A DNA stretch of 64,000 nt, from assembly GCA_034439575.1 (NCBI GenBank), contig JAWXAQ010000027.1:320001-384000 (forward strand). Reading direction: 5' to 3'. The notes under the pieces were generated by a model that saw only the letters and a list, made by a program, of their open reading frames with translations, was not told the origin of the DNA and made no database searches. The first letter of the stretch is position 1, and every line of letters begins with the position of its first letter. Origin of the DNA: Leptospira sp. (GTDB lineage Bacteria; Spirochaetota; Leptospiria; Leptospirales; Leptospiraceae). Below, piece after piece: positions 1-10,743 of this stretch. The position numbers and the translations under genes were made by a program.

Positions 1-1440
1 GAATCCGTTTCTCTAAAAAATATCAGTGCCACTGCTGAAGGGACAGTTGATGTCATTTCTTCTGAATCTGCAGAATCTACTTTGACTGAATCTGAAAAAA
101 AAGTTGAGGGAATGGATGGCGAAAAATTAGAAGAAACGAAAACAGTTCTCGAAGAATCTGAAGTTCCAAACGACTTTGTCGCCACAGAGGATGTGAGTTT
201 TCGCGCCTCAGCATGGTCTACGGATTGGACGGCGATGAAAAAAACCGTTCATCTCTACAATGAAATCCATCCATTTATTTATACAATGCGTGGTGGTCTT
301 TCCAATAATGGAGAACTTATATCCACTTGGTCGCAAACGGCTCGTAAAGAACGTGTTTTAGAAATGCGCCAATTGAACCCAAAAGTGAAAATCATTCCGA
401 CCATCTTTCGTTGGGAGAATCCAAAAGAAAAGATCCAGGAAAATATTGGAATGGGCGGTCGTACTGACATCCGTGATAAACACATCCAAATCATCGTAAA
501 TGAAGTCGTAACGTATGGATATGATGGGATTGATATTGATTATGAAGGGATGAGCTGCGACAAAAAAGAAAGGTTCGAAGAATTTTTTGTATTACTCGCC
601 AAAGAAATTCATAAAAAAGGAAAACTCATTTCCGTTGCCGTACACCCAAAAACACCAAGCGATAAAAAGAAAGACCTTCACTGTCGCGGACTCGCAAAAC
701 CAATCGAGCTTGATTTTAGAGAAAACTGGCGTGGACCAACTACCCATGATTATGCGTTTCTCGCAAAACATGCAGACCGTGTTAAAATTATGGCGTATGA
801 ACTACATCCGAGAAAATACCATAATCCGGGACCTGGACCTCAAGCGCCAAATGTTTGGTTGAAAGAAATTATTGCTTATGCCAAAAAACGAGTTCCTACA
901 TCAAAATTGTATATGGCGATTCCAACCTATGGTTATGATTGGGCACTGAATTGCAAATCGTCAGCAAAAGCTGTTTACCATTCGGATGCACAACGCATTC
1001 GAAGTGGTAATCATAAAAAACACCAACCAACTGACATCAATCAGATTATCCTATCTGAAAATAAAGTGGCCAATTGGCGTAATCTCTCCAAGTTCAGTGA
1101 CATTCATAAAAATAGAGCTTACGAAGATCCCACTCTTTGGTACACAAGTGGTGGATGTGATCGTGTCGCTTTTTATATGAATCGAAAAGCCTTTGAAGAA
1201 AAGATGACTTTACTTAGAAAATACGATCTCGGTGGATTTTCTTTTTGGCAATTGGTCACAGACAATGATCCTGAAATCAATGATTACCTCGCCTTACTTG
1301 TGCAAGGTAAACTTCCTCCGGTCACAAAAGTGACAGAAGAAGAAATGGAAGCTCTTATGAATCCCAAAAAAGCGGAAGATGTAAAATCATCTGTAAAAGT
1401 TTCCAAGGTCAAAGAAAAAACCAAAAAAGTCCAATTATAA
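1..1440 (+). CDS. Glycoside hydrolase family 18 protein, 5'-truncated by the window edge
   Basis: Intact GH18 catalytic motif DGIDIDYE (DxxDxDxE), plus MAYE, PTYGYDW and C-terminal FSFWQL. The frame is open from base 1 (ESVSLKNISA...), so the true start is upstream of the window. Confidence 0.8.
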   Translation, partial: ESVSLKNISATAEGTVDVISSESAESTLTESEKKVEGMDGEKLEETKTVLEESEVPNDFVATEDVSFRASAWSTDWTAMKKTVHLYNEIHPFIYTMRGGLSNNGELISTWSQTARKERVLEMRQLNPKVKIIPTIFRWENPKEKIQENIGMGGRTDIRDKHIQIIVNEVVTYGYDGIDIDYEGMSCDKKERFEEFFVLLAKEIHKKGKLISVAVHPKTPSDKKKDLHCRGLAKPIELDFRENWRGPTTHDYAFLAKHADRVKIMAYELHPRKYHNPGPGPQAPNVWLKEIIAYAKKRVPTSKLYMAIPTYGYDWALNCKSSAKAVYHSDAQRIRSGNHKKHQPTDINQIILSENKVANWRNLSKFSDIHKNRAYEDPTLWYTSGGCDRVAFYMNRKAFEEKMTLLRKYDLGGFSFWQLVTDNDPEINDYLALLVQGKLPPVTKVTEEEMEALMNPKKAEDVKSSVKVSKVKEKTKKVQL

Positions 1441-1447
1441 TACTTGG

Positions 1448-2428
1448 ATGATCTCCACCTTAATTACAAAGGATGCCGCCAAACTCGCTATCCTTGTCAA
1501 AAAAGGTGGAGTTGTAATTTTCCCAACAGAGACTGTTTATGGCATCGGTGCAGATAGTACCAATGAAACAGCCTGTCTTAGAATTTACGAAATCAAAAAC
1601 CGCCCACTTGACAACCCACTCATTTCTCATTTCGAAAGTATAAAACAAATAGCCACCTATTGTGAATTAGATGATTTAGCGAAATTTCTATTAGAAACTT
1701 TTTCACCAGGCCCACTTACGCTTGTTTTGCCAAAGAAAAAGTCTCCCTATATTTTTACAATGGGACTGGACACTTTGGCTGTCAGAATCCCTGATCATAC
1801 AGATGCTTCAACTTTGATAAGAGAGGCCGGTGTGCCTATTTCTGCTCCATCAGCTAATGTAAGTGGAAGGCCATCATTAACTAGGGAAGTGGATGTGATT
1901 GAAACTTTTGATGGAAAAGTAGACGGGATTTTACAAGGTCAAGCTCCGATTGTGGGCATTGAATCTACTGTTTTGGATGTATCTGGCCCAATTCCCACCT
2001 TACTTCGGCCAGGAAAGGTAACTGTGGCGGATCTGCTTGGGATTATCCCAAATCTTATCTATGCAAAGGAAACAGATAACAAAGTAAGTGAATCAGATTT
2101 AGATACAATAGTTCGGAGTCCTGGAATGAAATACAGGCACTATTCTCCTTTAGCAAAAGTGGTAGTTTTAGAGGCGAAAGAATTTATAAATGAATTCACA
2201 AAACATCAAAATGATACCAAAGTATCTTTTATAGGTTTTGATTTTGTGGCGAGAAATCAGAACGATATATCACTCCAAGATAACATCGAGTATATGAATA
2301 AATTATATTCATATTTTGTGGATAGTGATAAAAACCAAATCGATGTTTGTTTTTGTCAAACACCGATTGATGATTCCTACCGAATTGCATTACTAAACCG
2401 ATTGCACAAAGCAGAGAGTAAAAAATAA
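1448..2428 (+). CDS. sua5: L-threonylcarbamoyladenylate synthase (Sua5-type: YrdC plus Sua5 C-terminal domain)
   Basis: FPTETVYGIGA, KNRPLDNPLI, SAPSANVSGRPS and SPGMKYRHYSP motifs. Confidence 0.95.
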   Translation: MISTLITKDAAKLAILVKKGGVVIFPTETVYGIGADSTNETACLRIYEIKNRPLDNPLISHFESIKQIATYCELDDLAKFLLETFSPGPLTLVLPKKKSPYIFTMGLDTLAVRIPDHTDASTLIREAGVPISAPSANVSGRPSLTREVDVIETFDGKVDGILQGQAPIVGIESTVLDVSGPIPTLLRPGKVTVADLLGIIPNLIYAKETDNKVSESDLDTIVRSPGMKYRHYSPLAKVVVLEAKEFINEFTKHQNDTKVSFIGFDFVARNQNDISLQDNIEYMNKLYSYFVDSDKNQIDVCFCQTPIDDSYRIALLNRLHKAESKK

Positions 2429-2430
2429 AA

Positions 2431-4095
2431 CTATTTTAATTTGTTCAATTGGAAGGGCAGTAGATAAAGGATTTTATTTAATAAGCCTAGTTCCAGTAGA
2501 TCCAAAGTATTCTGAATAGGTGAAAATATTTTTGCCTTAGCGAATCGAGAGAGAATGGGAATTTCGGATCTAAAATTATATTCTGGCAATTCATAACTAA
2601 ATAAAAATCTACTTTTTGGAAATTGTTGGTAAAGGATATCAATGGTATCAAGTAATCCGCCTATTTTATCTACTACCTTTGATTCTACTTTTGGCAAATA
2701 GACTCTTCCTCCGCCTAATGTTTTTAAGTCGGAGTCTGTCATATTTCTACCTTTTTTTACGCGATCATAAAATTGAGATTCAACTCTTCTGATTTCTTGG
2801 TTTAAATATAAAATTGAGTCTTTTTTTAAGGGGCTGTATTCGGATAAAATATCTCGAAATGGATAAAATCCTATATTTTCTTTTTGTATTTTTGCTTTGT
2901 TGTATAATTTTTTCAAATTGGCTCGTACCATAACCGCACCAATGGAACCAGTGATACATATTGGCAGAGCTGTAATCGATTCTGCCGCAGAACCTATGTA
3001 ATACCCTCCACTTGCCGCCGTATCTTTAAAGAAAGCAATGACTGGCTTTTTTTCTCGAAGCTTTACTATTTCTTGGTATAAGAGTTCGGAATGAAAGGCA
3101 GAGCCACCGGGACTATCTATTTCGAGTATGACTGCCTTTATGGAATTTTCTTCTCCTATTTCTTTTAACAAGGATATGGTGGCATAAGCTTCAATTTTAC
3201 CAGAATCCCTTTCTTTGTGTGCATAATCTCCAGCACTGATTCCACCTGACAGAGGAACTATGCTGATAATTGGCCGTTTTCTGGAAAATACTCGAAACTC
3301 TTTTATTTTTTCATGGAGGGCACAGTCCTCAACTAAAAGCGCCTTCTCATCCTTAGAAAAGAAAGTTTCTTCTATCATCACATCGTTTCCAAAACCCATT
3401 TCAATGAGTGACTTACTTGTCTGAATCGGTAGATAGAATTTTTCTTTTTTTATGTTTCTTTTTTCTGTTAGGGCATCTAATATTTTATTTTGCAAATCCA
3501 AAATTAGAGATTCGATATTTGTCCGAGCTTCCTTTGAAAAATTGGTTCTAGTAAAACTTTCGGCAAAGGATTTAAATGGTCCACTGGCATAAGCTTCCAC
3601 CTCGACTCCCCATAGTTTCAAAAAAGCACCATAAAACGCAGGTTCAGCGGAAGGGAGTTGGATTTGAAATTCTGCTTCTGGATTGAAATAAATCTCATCA
3701 CAGACAGACAAAAGTAACAAAGTTCCAAGGCCACCTTCTTTGGCAAAACCGGAAATATGAATTCCGTTTTGTTCTCTTAATATTTTTAGCTCTTCTTTGA
3801 CTTCCCAGATGTCACCGAGAGACCAGCTGAGAGGAGGAATTACAAATTTGATTTTTTTGATGCGGGGATTGTTTCGTAAAGATCGTAAACTTAATAAAAA
3901 TTCCAGTCGGTTGACCGAACTAACCTTGCCTTGGATTTTTCGCACTATATATGATTTGTTGGCACTTTCAAAGTACGATGGAAATTCCCAGTGTAGTGTT
4001 GACCTGGATTTTTGGAAAGTCTGCCTTAGACGTAGGTAAAAATAGTATAGGAGACGAAGCGGTAAAAAAAGTAACTGAAAAATAAAACGTAACAA
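2431..4095 (-). CDS. sppA: Signal peptide peptidase SppA (peptidase S49, two-domain form)
   Basis: IDSPGGS, AASGGYYI and TGSIG in the C-terminal domain; SGPFKSFAE in the N-terminal domain. Confidence 0.85.
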   Translation of the reverse strand: MLRFIFQLLFLPLRLLYYFYLRLRQTFQKSRSTLHWEFPSYFESANKSYIVRKIQGKVSSVNRLEFLLSLRSLRNNPRIKKIKFVIPPLSWSLGDIWEVKEELKILREQNGIHISGFAKEGGLGTLLLLSVCDEIYFNPEAEFQIQLPSAEPAFYGAFLKLWGVEVEAYASGPFKSFAESFTRTNFSKEARTNIESLILDLQNKILDALTEKRNIKKEKFYLPIQTSKSLIEMGFGNDVMIEETFFSKDEKALLVEDCALHEKIKEFRVFSRKRPIISIVPLSGGISAGDYAHKERDSGKIEAYATISLLKEIGEENSIKAVILEIDSPGGSAFHSELLYQEIVKLREKKPVIAFFKDTAASGGYYIGSAAESITALPICITGSIGAVMVRANLKKLYNKAKIQKENIGFYPFRDILSEYSPLKKDSILYLNQEIRRVESQFYDRVKKGRNMTDSDLKTLGGGRVYLPKVESKVVDKIGGLLDTIDILYQQFPKSRFLFSYELPEYNFRSEIPILSRFAKAKIFSPIQNTLDLLELGLLNKILYLLPFQLNKLK

Positions 4096-4165
4096 TCTTT
4101 GATTCCTCTAAAGAACATCTCTTAAAATTCTTTTCAGAAAGAAAGAGGAAAACATTCTGTGAGAA

Positions 4166-7027
4166 GTGGAATCTTTCATACGCATCCGTGGCGCTCGCGA
4201 ACATAATCTTAAAAACATCAATTTAGACATCCCTAGAGACAAACTAGTGGTAATTACTGGGCTCTCTGGCTCTGGAAAATCAAGTTTGGCTTTCGATACA
4301 ATTTACGCGGAAGGACAAAGGCGTTATGTGGAGTCTTTGTCTAGTTATGCGAGGCAATTCCTTGGACAAATGGAAAAACCAGAAGTTGATTTGATCGAAG
4401 GACTTTCTCCTGCCATATCCATTGAACAAAAAACGACACATAGAAATCCTAGGTCTACTGTCGGAACCGTCACAGAAATCTATGATTACCTGCGCTTATT
4501 GTATGCCCGAGTAGGGAAGCCGCATTGTCCAAAATGTGGAACTGCGATTACATCGCTCTCTGTAGATCAAATTACAGATCGTATCAATTTATTTCCAGAA
4601 GGAACCAAATTACAACTTCTATCTCCCATCATCCAAGGCAAAAAAGGAGAACATAAAGATGTTCTCGAAAGATACAAAAAAGAAGGTTTCAATCGAGTAC
4701 GAGTCAATGGGGAAATTATCTCTTTAGAAGAAGAGATTACTTTAAAGAAAAATAATAAAACGAATATTGAAGTCGTTGTCGATCGTTTGGTGATGAAACC
4801 AGGCATACAATCAAGGCTAGCTGATTCAGTCGAGACAGCACTCAAAGTCGGTGAAGGCATTTTAATTGTGGAAGATGGGGAAAAAGACCATCTCTATTCG
4901 CAGAAATTGTCTTGTCCAAAGTGTGATAATGTCTCGATCCCAGAACTAACGCCGAGATTATTTTCTTTTAATTCACCGTTTGGTGCCTGTTCTCATTGTG
5001 ATGGCCTTGGCGCCTTACTTGAATTTGATGAAGCACTTTTGATTTCCGATGAAGAGGCAAGTCTTGCTGATGGTTGTATCGAAGCATGGGGCGGGGCAAA
5101 ATCAAATAGTTATTGGTATATGGCTACTGTGACTGCGATATCCAAAAAACTGAAATTTAATTTAAACACCAAGTGGAAAGATCTTTCTGACAAAGTAAAA
5201 AACGTGATATTGTTTGGTGATGAATCCATTCAGATTGATTACGATTTTCGGGGTACAAATTCTCACTATGAATTTTCAAAAAATTTTGAAGGAGTCATTC
5301 CCAACTTAAAGCGCAGATTCAAAGAAACGAAATCCGATTCCATGCGTCAATGGTATGAGACGTTTATGACGAATCATGATTGTGATGTATGTCATGGAAA
5401 AAGGCTTAGACCTGAGGCACTTGCCGTTAAGGTCAACGGAATCAGCATTGATGTTTTTACAGGATATAGCATTTCCAAGGCATTGGAGTTTACTAAAGAA
5501 ACAAAATGGGTAGGGGCTGAGGAGATCATCAGTAAACCCATACTTAAAGAGATTTTGCAAAGACTGAATTTTTTAAACGATGTGGGTGTGGGTTACCTAA
5601 ATTTGAGCAGGTCCGCAGGTACTCTGTCAGGTGGTGAGATGCAAAGAATCCGTTTGGCGACTCAAATTGGTTCCAGACTTATGGGTGTTTTGTATATATT
5701 GGATGAGCCTTCCATAGGCCTGCACCAAAGGGACAATTCCAAACTTGTCACGACACTCAAAGGTCTACGAAATTTAGGAAATACCGTTCTTGTTGTGGAA
5801 CATGACAAAGAAACTATGGAAGAGGCGGATTTTATTATCGATATGGGGCCTGGGGCTGGTGTTCATGGTGGCGAAATCGTGGCCTTTGGCACACCGGAAC
5901 AAATCAAAAAAAATCCCAAGTCGGTAACAGGGAAATATTTATCCGGTGTGAGTCGTATTTCCATGCCACTTGAGCGTCGCATAGGCAATGGGAAAAAGTT
6001 ACAAATATTAGGTGCAAGTCACAATAATTTAAAAAACTTAAATGTAAACATTCCACTCGGAACTATGACAGTAGTAACAGGTGTTTCTGGCTCAGGCAAA
6101 TCAACACTCATTAACGAAATATTGTATAAGGAACTCGCTAACTCCATCCAGGGATCAAAACTAGTTCCCGGAAAACACAAAAAAATTACTGGTAAAGAAC
6201 ACTTAGATAAAGTAATCAATATTGACCAATCCCCCATTGGTAGAACCCCTCGGTCGAATCCAGCAACTTACACTGGTTTGTTCACCTTTGTGCGTGAACT
6301 TTTTAGTGGACTAGAAGATGCCAAAGTTAGGGGCTATGGACCTGGACGATTTAGTTTTAATGTGTCTGGTGGAAGGTGTGAAAAATGTGAGGGTGATGGT
6401 ATTCTAAAAATTGAAATGCATTTTTTGCCAGATATCTATGTAGAATGCGAAGTTTGTAAAGGCAAAAGATACAATAGAGAAACTCTAGAAGTTAAATACA
6501 AAGGAAAAAATATTTCTGATGTCCTTGGTATGACAGTAGAAGAAGCCGTTGTGTTTTTTGAAATGATACCTTCCTTAAAACGAAAATTAGAAACACTCAT
6601 GGATGTGGGTTTAGGTTATATCAAACTGGGACAAGCAGCCACAACTTTTTCTGGTGGTGAAGCACAAAGAATCAAACTCTCCACAGAACTTTCAAAACGT
6701 CCTACAGGAAAAACTCTTTATATTCTAGATGAGCCTACGACTGGATTACATTTTGATGATATCCAGAAACTATTACAAGTATTACAAACCTTAGTCGAGA
6801 AAGGAAACTCTATGGTGATCATTGAACACAACTTAGATGTGATTAAAGCTTGTGATCATATCATCGACATTGGCCCTGAAGGGGGAGAAGGCGGGGGTGA
6901 GGTCATTGCACTTGGAACTCCAGAAGAAGTCGCATTAATTAAAGATTCCTTTACAGGACAGTACTTGAAGAAAGTTCTTGCTGAGGAAAAGGCATTGGAT
7001 GCAAAGGTGAAAAAGAAAAAAGTGTGA
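4166..7027 (+). CDS. uvrA: Excinuclease ABC subunit A
   Basis: [12 protein letters not shown], two Walker A motifs ([16 protein letters not shown]), LSGGE signatures and zinc-finger CxxC pairs. GTG start. Confidence 0.99.
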   Translation: MESFIRIRGAREHNLKNINLDIPRDKLVVITGLSGSGKSSLAFDTIYAEGQRRYVESLSSYARQFLGQMEKPEVDLIEGLSPAISIEQKTTHRNPRSTVGTVTEIYDYLRLLYARVGKPHCPKCGTAITSLSVDQITDRINLFPEGTKLQLLSPIIQGKKGEHKDVLERYKKEGFNRVRVNGEIISLEEEITLKKNNKTNIEVVVDRLVMKPGIQSRLADSVETALKVGEGILIVEDGEKDHLYSQKLSCPKCDNVSIPELTPRLFSFNSPFGACSHCDGLGALLEFDEALLISDEEASLADGCIEAWGGAKSNSYWYMATVTAISKKLKFNLNTKWKDLSDKVKNVILFGDESIQIDYDFRGTNSHYEFSKNFEGVIPNLKRRFKETKSDSMRQWYETFMTNHDCDVCHGKRLRPEALAVKVNGISIDVFTGYSISKALEFTKETKWVGAEEIISKPILKEILQRLNFLNDVGVGYLNLSRSAGTLSGGEMQRIRLATQIGSRLMGVLYILDEPSIGLHQRDNSKLVTTLKGLRNLGNTVLVVEHDKETMEEADFIIDMGPGAGVHGGEIVAFGTPEQIKKNPKSVTGKYLSGVSRISMPLERRIGNGKKLQILGASHNNLKNLNVNIPLGTMTVVTGVSGSGKSTLINEILYKELANSIQGSKLVPGKHKKITGKEHLDKVINIDQSPIGRTPRSNPATYTGLFTFVRELFSGLEDAKVRGYGPGRFSFNVSGGRCEKCEGDGILKIEMHFLPDIYVECEVCKGKRYNRETLEVKYKGKNISDVLGMTVEEAVVFFEMIPSLKRKLETLMDVGLGYIKLGQAATTFSGGEAQRIKLSTELSKRPTGKTLYILDEPTTGLHFDDIQKLLQVLQTLVEKGNSMVIIEHNLDVIKACDHIIDIGPEGGEGGGEVIALGTPEEVALIKDSFTGQYLKKVLAEEKALDAKVKKKKV

Positions 7028-7995
7028 AGGAATTAGAAAGTCTATTAACATCAAAAGTTTTTTCGAAAGTAGAAACTTTAAATCAAAAAGATTTCTACAG
7101 ATTTTTTAAACCCATCCTTATCTCATCAGGTATCTTTCCCAAAGGACTGGAAGATTTTGCTATTAATGGTGGATATCTGAGGTTTGTTAAAAACTTACAG
7201 AGCATAGCTACACTCCCGCATGGTTTAGATCTCGCATTGGCTATGATGGTGGAAGTCAATGTAGCTTCTGGCATTTTGCAATATGGAACCACAAAACTTG
7301 CGGCCGAATTGCAAAAATCAATGTTTGGCGGTCAAATGATTCTTGCGACCGGAGTGTCGGAACCGGAATGGGAAGGTCGCCTTGCTAAACTAAAATCCTC
7401 TCTTACTCTTGGAAAATTAAGTGGTACCAAATCTTTCATCACAAATGGACAGTGTGCTGACGGAATCCTTTGGGTGCTTCCAGAAAAGGAAAGCTTCTCT
7501 GTCTATTTAGTCAGAAGAGACAAATACCGAGATTTACTAATAGATGAGCCAATCTCAACAGATTATTTAAAATTAGTATCACATTTAAAATTAACAGCTA
7601 ATGAATATCCATTAGAAAAAGAAGATTTAGTATTAGAAGATTATAAAACCTTAGGCATTGAACTTAGGCTTAAAGAATTATTTGGACTCACATCTCTATT
7701 GTTAGGTTTTGTAAATGGGCTTGGGCTAATAAATAAGGATGAAAGTATAAAAATTGAATTTGAAAAACTTGTTTTATGGCGAGATAAAATCGGAGAACAA
7801 ATCCATTTAAATAATTTCCAAGAAATGTTATCTGAAAATTTTCCCTTTCCAAATGATAAACTCCTGCAAAGTGTAAGTCAATTTTATCATTGTGATTCGC
7901 CAAAAGAATTAATAAACATCAATCCTGACTTCACAATATTTATATGGGAAGATAAATTAACTAAGTATCTTAAAAAAACTATTCAGAAAAACTAA
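7024..7995 (+). CDS. Acyl-CoA dehydrogenase-like protein (divergent, short)
   Basis: LATGVSEPE and LSGTKSFITNG resemble the ACAD FAD-binding motifs. The C-terminal helical domain is poorly conserved. GTGA overlap with uvrA. Confidence 0.55.
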   Translation: MKELESLLTSKVFSKVETLNQKDFYRFFKPILISSGIFPKGLEDFAINGGYLRFVKNLQSIATLPHGLDLALAMMVEVNVASGILQYGTTKLAAELQKSMFGGQMILATGVSEPEWEGRLAKLKSSLTLGKLSGTKSFITNGQCADGILWVLPEKESFSVYLVRRDKYRDLLIDEPISTDYLKLVSHLKLTANEYPLEKEDLVLEDYKTLGIELRLKELFGLTSLLLGFVNGLGLINKDESIKIEFEKLVLWRDKIGEQIHLNNFQEMLSENFPFPNDKLLQSVSQFYHCDSPKELININPDFTIFIWEDKLTKYLKKTIQKN

Positions 7996-8006
7996 AGATT
8001 AAGAAT

Positions 8007-8963
8007 CTAATGATGATGATGTCCGTGATGGTGGTGCGGATCTTCTTTTTCTAAGATAGGTAGAACTGATAGTTTTTCCGCATATCCTTCCGATATAGTT
8101 TCAACAAATACATAGGGAATTCCAAAATGCGATTTAGCTATTTTATGAATATCTAATGTGATTTCATCTCTGTTGGCATCAGTTTTTACGATCAATTGAA
8201 TCTCAAGGGTGAAGACTCCAGACGTAAGTTTTCTTACTTTGAAAAGTTTAACAGAAGAGATTCCCTTAATGGACGTTATATGGTTTAAAAAGTGTTCCTT
8301 ATCAAATTCGGAAGGGTAGGCTTCGAGTAAGATTTGAATACTTTCCTTTAATATGGAATAGGATGTTTTTAAAATAAAAATTCCTATGAAGATACTGAGA
8401 ATGCTATCGATAAATAAGAAACCAGTATATTGAATGATTATGGCACCAATAACAACTGCTACTGTACCTAAGAGATCACTGAGTACATGAAGGTAGGCTG
8501 ATTTTAAATTTAAACTTTCTTTACTGACTTTAAATAGTAAACCAGCAGACATAAAATTGATAATCAATCCGATAATTGAATAAAATAACATGGAATGAAC
8601 ATGGATTTCAGTTGTTGAAGTCATACGTTCATAACTTTCAAATAGTATGAAAATACTGATTCCAACTAACAAGATACTATTGGCAAGTGCTGCCAATACT
8701 TCAATGCGATGGTAGCCGAAGGGGTATCTATCATTGGCTTTTTTTGCGGAAAATATAATGGCTAAAAATGAAATGAGATGTGCAAAGATATCTGTAGCGA
8801 TATGACCTGCGTCTGCGAAGAGTGCGAGGCTACCTGATTCTTTTGATCCAATCGCTTCGATGAAAAAAATCAAGATCGATAAAAATCCTGAAACTCCAAG
8901 ATAAGTTAAAAGTTTTTTTCTTTTTCTTTTCTTTGAATTGTGTAGTTCGAATCCCTCTGTCAT
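8007..8963 (-). CDS. Cation diffusion facilitator (CzcD/ZitB-like Zn/Co/Cd efflux transporter)
   Basis: SLALFADAGHIATD, YPFGYHRIEVLAA, AYLHVLSDLLG and a His-rich C-terminus (HHHHGHHHH). Confidence 0.92.
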   Translation of the reverse strand: MTEGFELHNSKKRKRKKLLTYLGVSGFLSILIFFIEAIGSKESGSLALFADAGHIATDIFAHLISFLAIIFSAKKANDRYPFGYHRIEVLAALANSILLVGISIFILFESYERMTSTTEIHVHSMLFYSIIGLIINFMSAGLLFKVSKESLNLKSAYLHVLSDLLGTVAVVIGAIIIQYTGFLFIDSILSIFIGIFILKTSYSILKESIQILLEAYPSEFDKEHFLNHITSIKGISSVKLFKVRKLTSGVFTLEIQLIVKTDANRDEITLDIHKIAKSHFGIPYVFVETISEGYAEKLSVLPILEKEDPHHHHGHHHH

Positions 8964-10003
8964 TCGCCGTTTCCATTTGCGCTCACTGCTCTTGGAATGA
9001 CGACTATATCCACTCTACGATTTAAACTTTTGTTTTCTTTGGTTGAATTAGGTACGATGGGCTGGTATTCGCTATATCCTGCGGCAGAAAAATTTTTGGG
9101 ATTTAAGTTTTTGTTAGATAACAAATGTTCGAGTACGGCAAGAGCTCTTTCCGTTGATAAATGCCAGTTGTTTCTATATTTAGTTTTGATTGGGACATTG
9201 TCAGTGTGGCCTTCAACTGAAATATAATTTTCCGGATAAGATGCTAATATCTCTTTGATTTTATCAATGGCGGGTAATATTGCAGGTTTTAATTCTGCGG
9301 ATCCACTATCAAAAGATAGGCGGTCATCAATGTTGATAATTAATTTGTTGTGAAATCTTTTGACTCTGATTTCGCCATTTGTAATCTCTTTAGAAAGCTT
9401 TTCCTCTAATTCTTTGGCCTGATCAGATAATCTTTCTAATTCTCTTTTTTGATTTTTGTTCAGTTGTTTTAGAGATGATATTTCATTTTCTAAGTTCCGA
9501 ATGCGATCTGATAAATCGCGCATTTTTCCCTCATACTGTTCTCTGAGGTCTTGTTCTTTTTGAAGGCAGGCTTTTTCTTGTTCTTCTAATTTTTTTCTTA
9601 ACGCAGATATCTCTTTTTGATCCTTTTCTTCTCTACGTTTGGCATCGTCTAAAATGTTTTTTTCTTTATCAGAACCTTTTTTTTCTAATCCGCGAAGTCG
9701 GATTTCATAGTCTCTAATTTTATCTGCATAATTTTCTTTATCATCATTTCTATTTCTTTTTTCTAATTCAAGGTCTTCGTTTAAGTTTTGATTTTTTGAA
9801 GCGAGAGTTTTGTTTTCATCTTCTAACTTTTTTAAATCATTTTGGTATTGGCGTTTCAGATCTTCTAATTGCAATTCAAGGGCATATTTTTCTTTGTAGA
9901 GTTGGTTGTATTCGATTGGGAAATAAATCCAATCCGCAAAAAGAGAGAGTGGTATAAAAAAGAAAAATATAAAGAATTTTAAAATATTATTTGAGTTCAT
10001 CAA
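8960..10003 (-). CDS. OmpA/MotB-family peptidoglycan-binding protein with a long coiled coil
   Basis: FDSGSAEL, VEGHTDNVPI, NWHLSTERA and NRRVDIV; N-terminal signal peptide and heptad-rich middle region. Confidence 0.85.
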   Translation of the reverse strand: MMNSNNILKFFIFFFFIPLSLFADWIYFPIEYNQLYKEKYALELQLEDLKRQYQNDLKKLEDENKTLASKNQNLNEDLELEKRNRNDDKENYADKIRDYEIRLRGLEKKGSDKEKNILDDAKRREEKDQKEISALRKKLEEQEKACLQKEQDLREQYEGKMRDLSDRIRNLENEISSLKQLNKNQKRELERLSDQAKELEEKLSKEITNGEIRVKRFHNKLIINIDDRLSFDSGSAELKPAILPAIDKIKEILASYPENYISVEGHTDNVPIKTKYRNNWHLSTERALAVLEHLLSNKNLNPKNFSAAGYSEYQPIVPNSTKENKSLNRRVDIVVIPRAVSANGNGE

Positions 10004-10682
10004 GGTAGGTATCCTCTAAGTTAACTTTTGGTAACTTTGTAGTGGCATTTTTTACTTTTTCCCACTCTGTTGTTTTTTTACGAGTATCTGCTTTTCTATC
10101 ATTGTATTGTTTATCATAATTTGTTTTTTCAATATATTCAGGATCTTTATTGTTTTTGCCTTGAAATTCCTGGTATTTGATCGCGATTTCGGCTCGGACA
10201 AGTTCTAGTTCAGCTATAGCTTCTGACAACATGGCTTCTTTCATATTAAAGAATGCCATATCCTCTGATTGTTTTTGTAACCAACCTTGAGTTCTCGTTT
10301 CTTCTTTTGATCTTTCTAATTCCGAAGTTTGCGATTCGTCTAAGTAACGTTTTGCGTTCACACTATCATCTTTAACGAGTGCTAATTTTTCTTTCTCATT
10401 CAATAGATCTCTTTGCGCGGCATGGCGATGAATTTTTGCCCGGGAGATTTTTAAAGTTTGAGCATTGATTTCATTATTTTTTTTAAGTAAACTGATCTCA
10501 GCATTTAAAGTGATTATTTTCTGCTTTATGACTTTGACAGCCGTTTTTTGTTCTTCATTCATTACTTCTTCACGAACATACGCATCCGGTACTGTCTTTA
10601 GTTTTGGCTCGAACAAGACGCATTGAAAAAAAAGGGGGATGAGAAAAAAACTAGTTCGAGAAAATGTAGTATATTGGGACAT
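9987..10682 (-). CDS. Hypothetical helical protein, probable lipoprotein
   Basis: Long ORF. The ATG at 10682 gives MSQYTTFSRTSFFLIPLFFQC, a spirochaetal lipobox-like signal. The track start at 10745 overlaps the mgtE start. Confidence 0.6.
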   Translation of the reverse strand: MSQYTTFSRTSFFLIPLFFQCVLFEPKLKTVPDAYVREEVMNEEQKTAVKVIKQKIITLNAEISLLKKNNEINAQTLKISRAKIHRHAAQRDLLNEKEKLALVKDDSVNAKRYLDESQTSELERSKEETRTQGWLQKQSEDMAFFNMKEAMLSEAIAELELVRAEIAIKYQEFQGKNNKDPEYIEKTNYDKQYNDRKADTRKKTTEWEKVKNATTKLPKVNLEDTYLDELK

Positions 10683-10743
10683 ATACATAGACATGTAGTT
10701 TGTGACATAATCGTCAATAGTTAATTTTTCAAGCAGGCGATCC

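Noticed and set aside
4096-4165. Possible LexA/SOS box upstream of uvrA
   Set aside because: Only an imperfect CTTTG...TAAAG palindrome; it does not match the TTTG-N5-CAAA leptospiral box as I recall it.
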